From the NCBI GenBank assembly GCA_045106895.1, contig JBGCFM010000243.1, positions 1 through 54,112 of the forward strand: DNA of 54,112 nt. The letters run 5' to 3'. The position numbers were made by a program, and so were the translations under genes. This document shows positions 54,085-54,112 of this stretch, in pieces; positions within the stretch are counted from its first letter, which is position 1; every line of letters begins with the position of its first letter. The stretch is from Polyangiales bacterium. GTDB lineage: Bacteria; Myxococcota_A; Polyangia; Polyangiales; Houyiibacteriaceae. The notes under the pieces are model-generated. The model was not told where the DNA came from. It worked only from the letters and a program-made list of their open reading frames with translations, and did no database searches.

Positions 54085-54112
54085 GATCGGCCCTCCAAGA
54101 AGAGAAGGAGGG

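Larger units (their letters stand above)
48125..54112 (-). mobile_element. tRNA-Lys-targeted integrative element (tyrosine integrase plus Rep_trans-like initiator); right end lies outside the window
   Basis: tRNA 3' duplication, integrase, Rep and cargo with visibly different codon usage. Confidence 0.8.

Overview
High-GC chromosomal window whose gene content points to a myxobacterium (a MYXO-CTERM-like sorting signal, Myxococcus Cys-rich repeats, two Hanks-type Ser/Thr kinases, an Hsp70 with only the nucleotide-binding domain); the taxonomy is inferred. Left to right: a divergent RAYT-like HUH transposase; a translationally coupled adenylate/guanylate cyclase, Ser/Thr kinase and LysM-FecR operon; a second kinase; an RlmI-type methyltransferase; a lower-GC insert (about 10860-13320) with a pentanucleotide repeat tract in front of a frameshifted lipoprotein gene; a YcbK peptidase; a giant thrombospondin-like surface protein; a penicillin-acylase-family lipoprotein; a single-module type I PKS whose DH domain appears to sit inside the KR, followed by a GT2 and a sugar epimerase; then assorted lipoproteins, hydrolases, NhaR and a macrodomain protein. 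From about 47.1 kb the DNA is accessory: a decayed Ntox16-like toxin tip, a 3' fragment of tRNA-Lys(CTT) read as an att site, and an integrated element running off the right edge that encodes a tyrosine integrase and a Rep_trans-like rolling-circle initiator. Its cargo includes a second, divergent copy of the protein family found at 11-12.6 kb. All family calls come from recognising motifs by eye; no database search was run and GC differences were judged visually. No CRISPR array, rRNA or intact tRNA was seen.
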